UHGV virus genome: UHGV-0340823
DNA length: 37,778 bases
From: a virus
Direction: 5' to 3' (one strand)
In this document: positions 37,345 to 37,778 of the stretch, piece after piece
Position numbering within the stretch: the first letter of the stretch is position 1
How the letters are laid out: every line of letters begins with the position of its first letter
Program-made: the position numbers and the translations under genes
The notes under the pieces: generated by a model
Database searches by the model: none
The model's input: the letters and a program-made list of their open reading frames with translations, nothing else
Told to the model about the DNA's origin: nothing

Positions 37345-37760
37345 AAATGAAATGGTCCCCATCTGTTCAGGGATTTTTCTCTGAAAATAACAGCGATATT
37401 CCCGATGATGCTTTCGATATTGAAGATGCTCTTTATTATGAACTTATGAATGGTCAGAGTACGGGGAAAATTATTATCAATAACCCGGATAACTACCCTG
37501 TACTTACTGAATATCCAGCGAAGACACAGGAACAGGAAATAGCTGAAGCGGAGGGAATGAAAAGTATACTTATTGAACAGGCCAACGAATACATGAACAG
37601 TAAGCAATGGCCTGGTAAAGCCGCTATTGGTCGTCTGAAAGGTGAGGAACTGGCGCAATATAATTTGTGGCTGGATTATCTGGACGCACTGGAACTGGTT
37701 GATACCTCCAGTGCTCCAGATATTGAATGGCCTACGCCTCCGGCAGTTCAGGCCAGATGA
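37341..37760 (+). CDS. tail fibre assembly protein (Mu U-like)
   Basis: 139 aa; start overlaps the tail-fibre stop; typical small acidic Tfa composition. Confidence 0.7.
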   Translation: MKMKWSPSVQGFFSENNSDIPDDAFDIEDALYYELMNGQSTGKIIINNPDNYPVLTEYPAKTQEQEIAEAEGMKSILIEQANEYMNSKQWPGKAAIGRLKGEELAQYNLWLDYLDALELVDTSSAPDIEWPTPPAVQAR

Positions 37761-37778
37761 CATCCGGCGCAGTGCTGG

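Larger units (their letters stand above)
3940..37778 (+). mobile_element. Mu-like transposable prophage (left end to window edge; right end outside window)
   Basis: Complete Mu synteny: c, ner, A, B, gam, gemA, mor/C, lys, terminase, portal, F, G, I, T, sheath, tube, tape measure, N, P, baseplate, S, U; no integrase. Confidence 0.85.

Noticed and set aside
1-37778. CRISPR arrays, rRNA genes, integrase or site-specific attachment sites
   Set aside because: No spaced direct-repeat arrays, no rRNA-like sequence and no tyrosine/serine integrase ORF were seen; absence of an integrase fits a transposable phage, and the P2 integrase would lie far outside this window.

Overview
The window contains two different prophages, one nested in the other. 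Bases 1 to about 3940 are the end of a P2-like late module in canonical order (scaffold O, major capsid N, terminase subunit M, head completion L, tail X, holin, endolysin, lysA-like). From about 3940 to the window end the gene order is that of a Mu-like transposable phage: repressor on the minus strand, ner, DDE transposase A, ATPase B, small early genes, gam, an accessory block of uncharacterised genes, gemA-like, Mor/C activator, endolysin and spanins, TraR zinc finger, terminase, portal, F, G, I protease/scaffold, major head T, sheath, tube, tape measure, baseplate, tail fibre and tail-fibre assembly. The Mu-like element appears to have transposed into the P2-like lysis cassette; its right end lies beyond the window. 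The most notable observations are the prophage-in-prophage junction with Mu-type end repeats, a gix/hix-like invertase crossover site inside the tail-fibre gene, and an uncharacterised, partly AT-rich accessory block between gam and gemA that is the best candidate for a novel phage-borne system. All calls rest on reading the ORF translations, gene order and motifs; no database search was run. I did not find CRISPR arrays, rRNA, a complete tRNA or an integrase.
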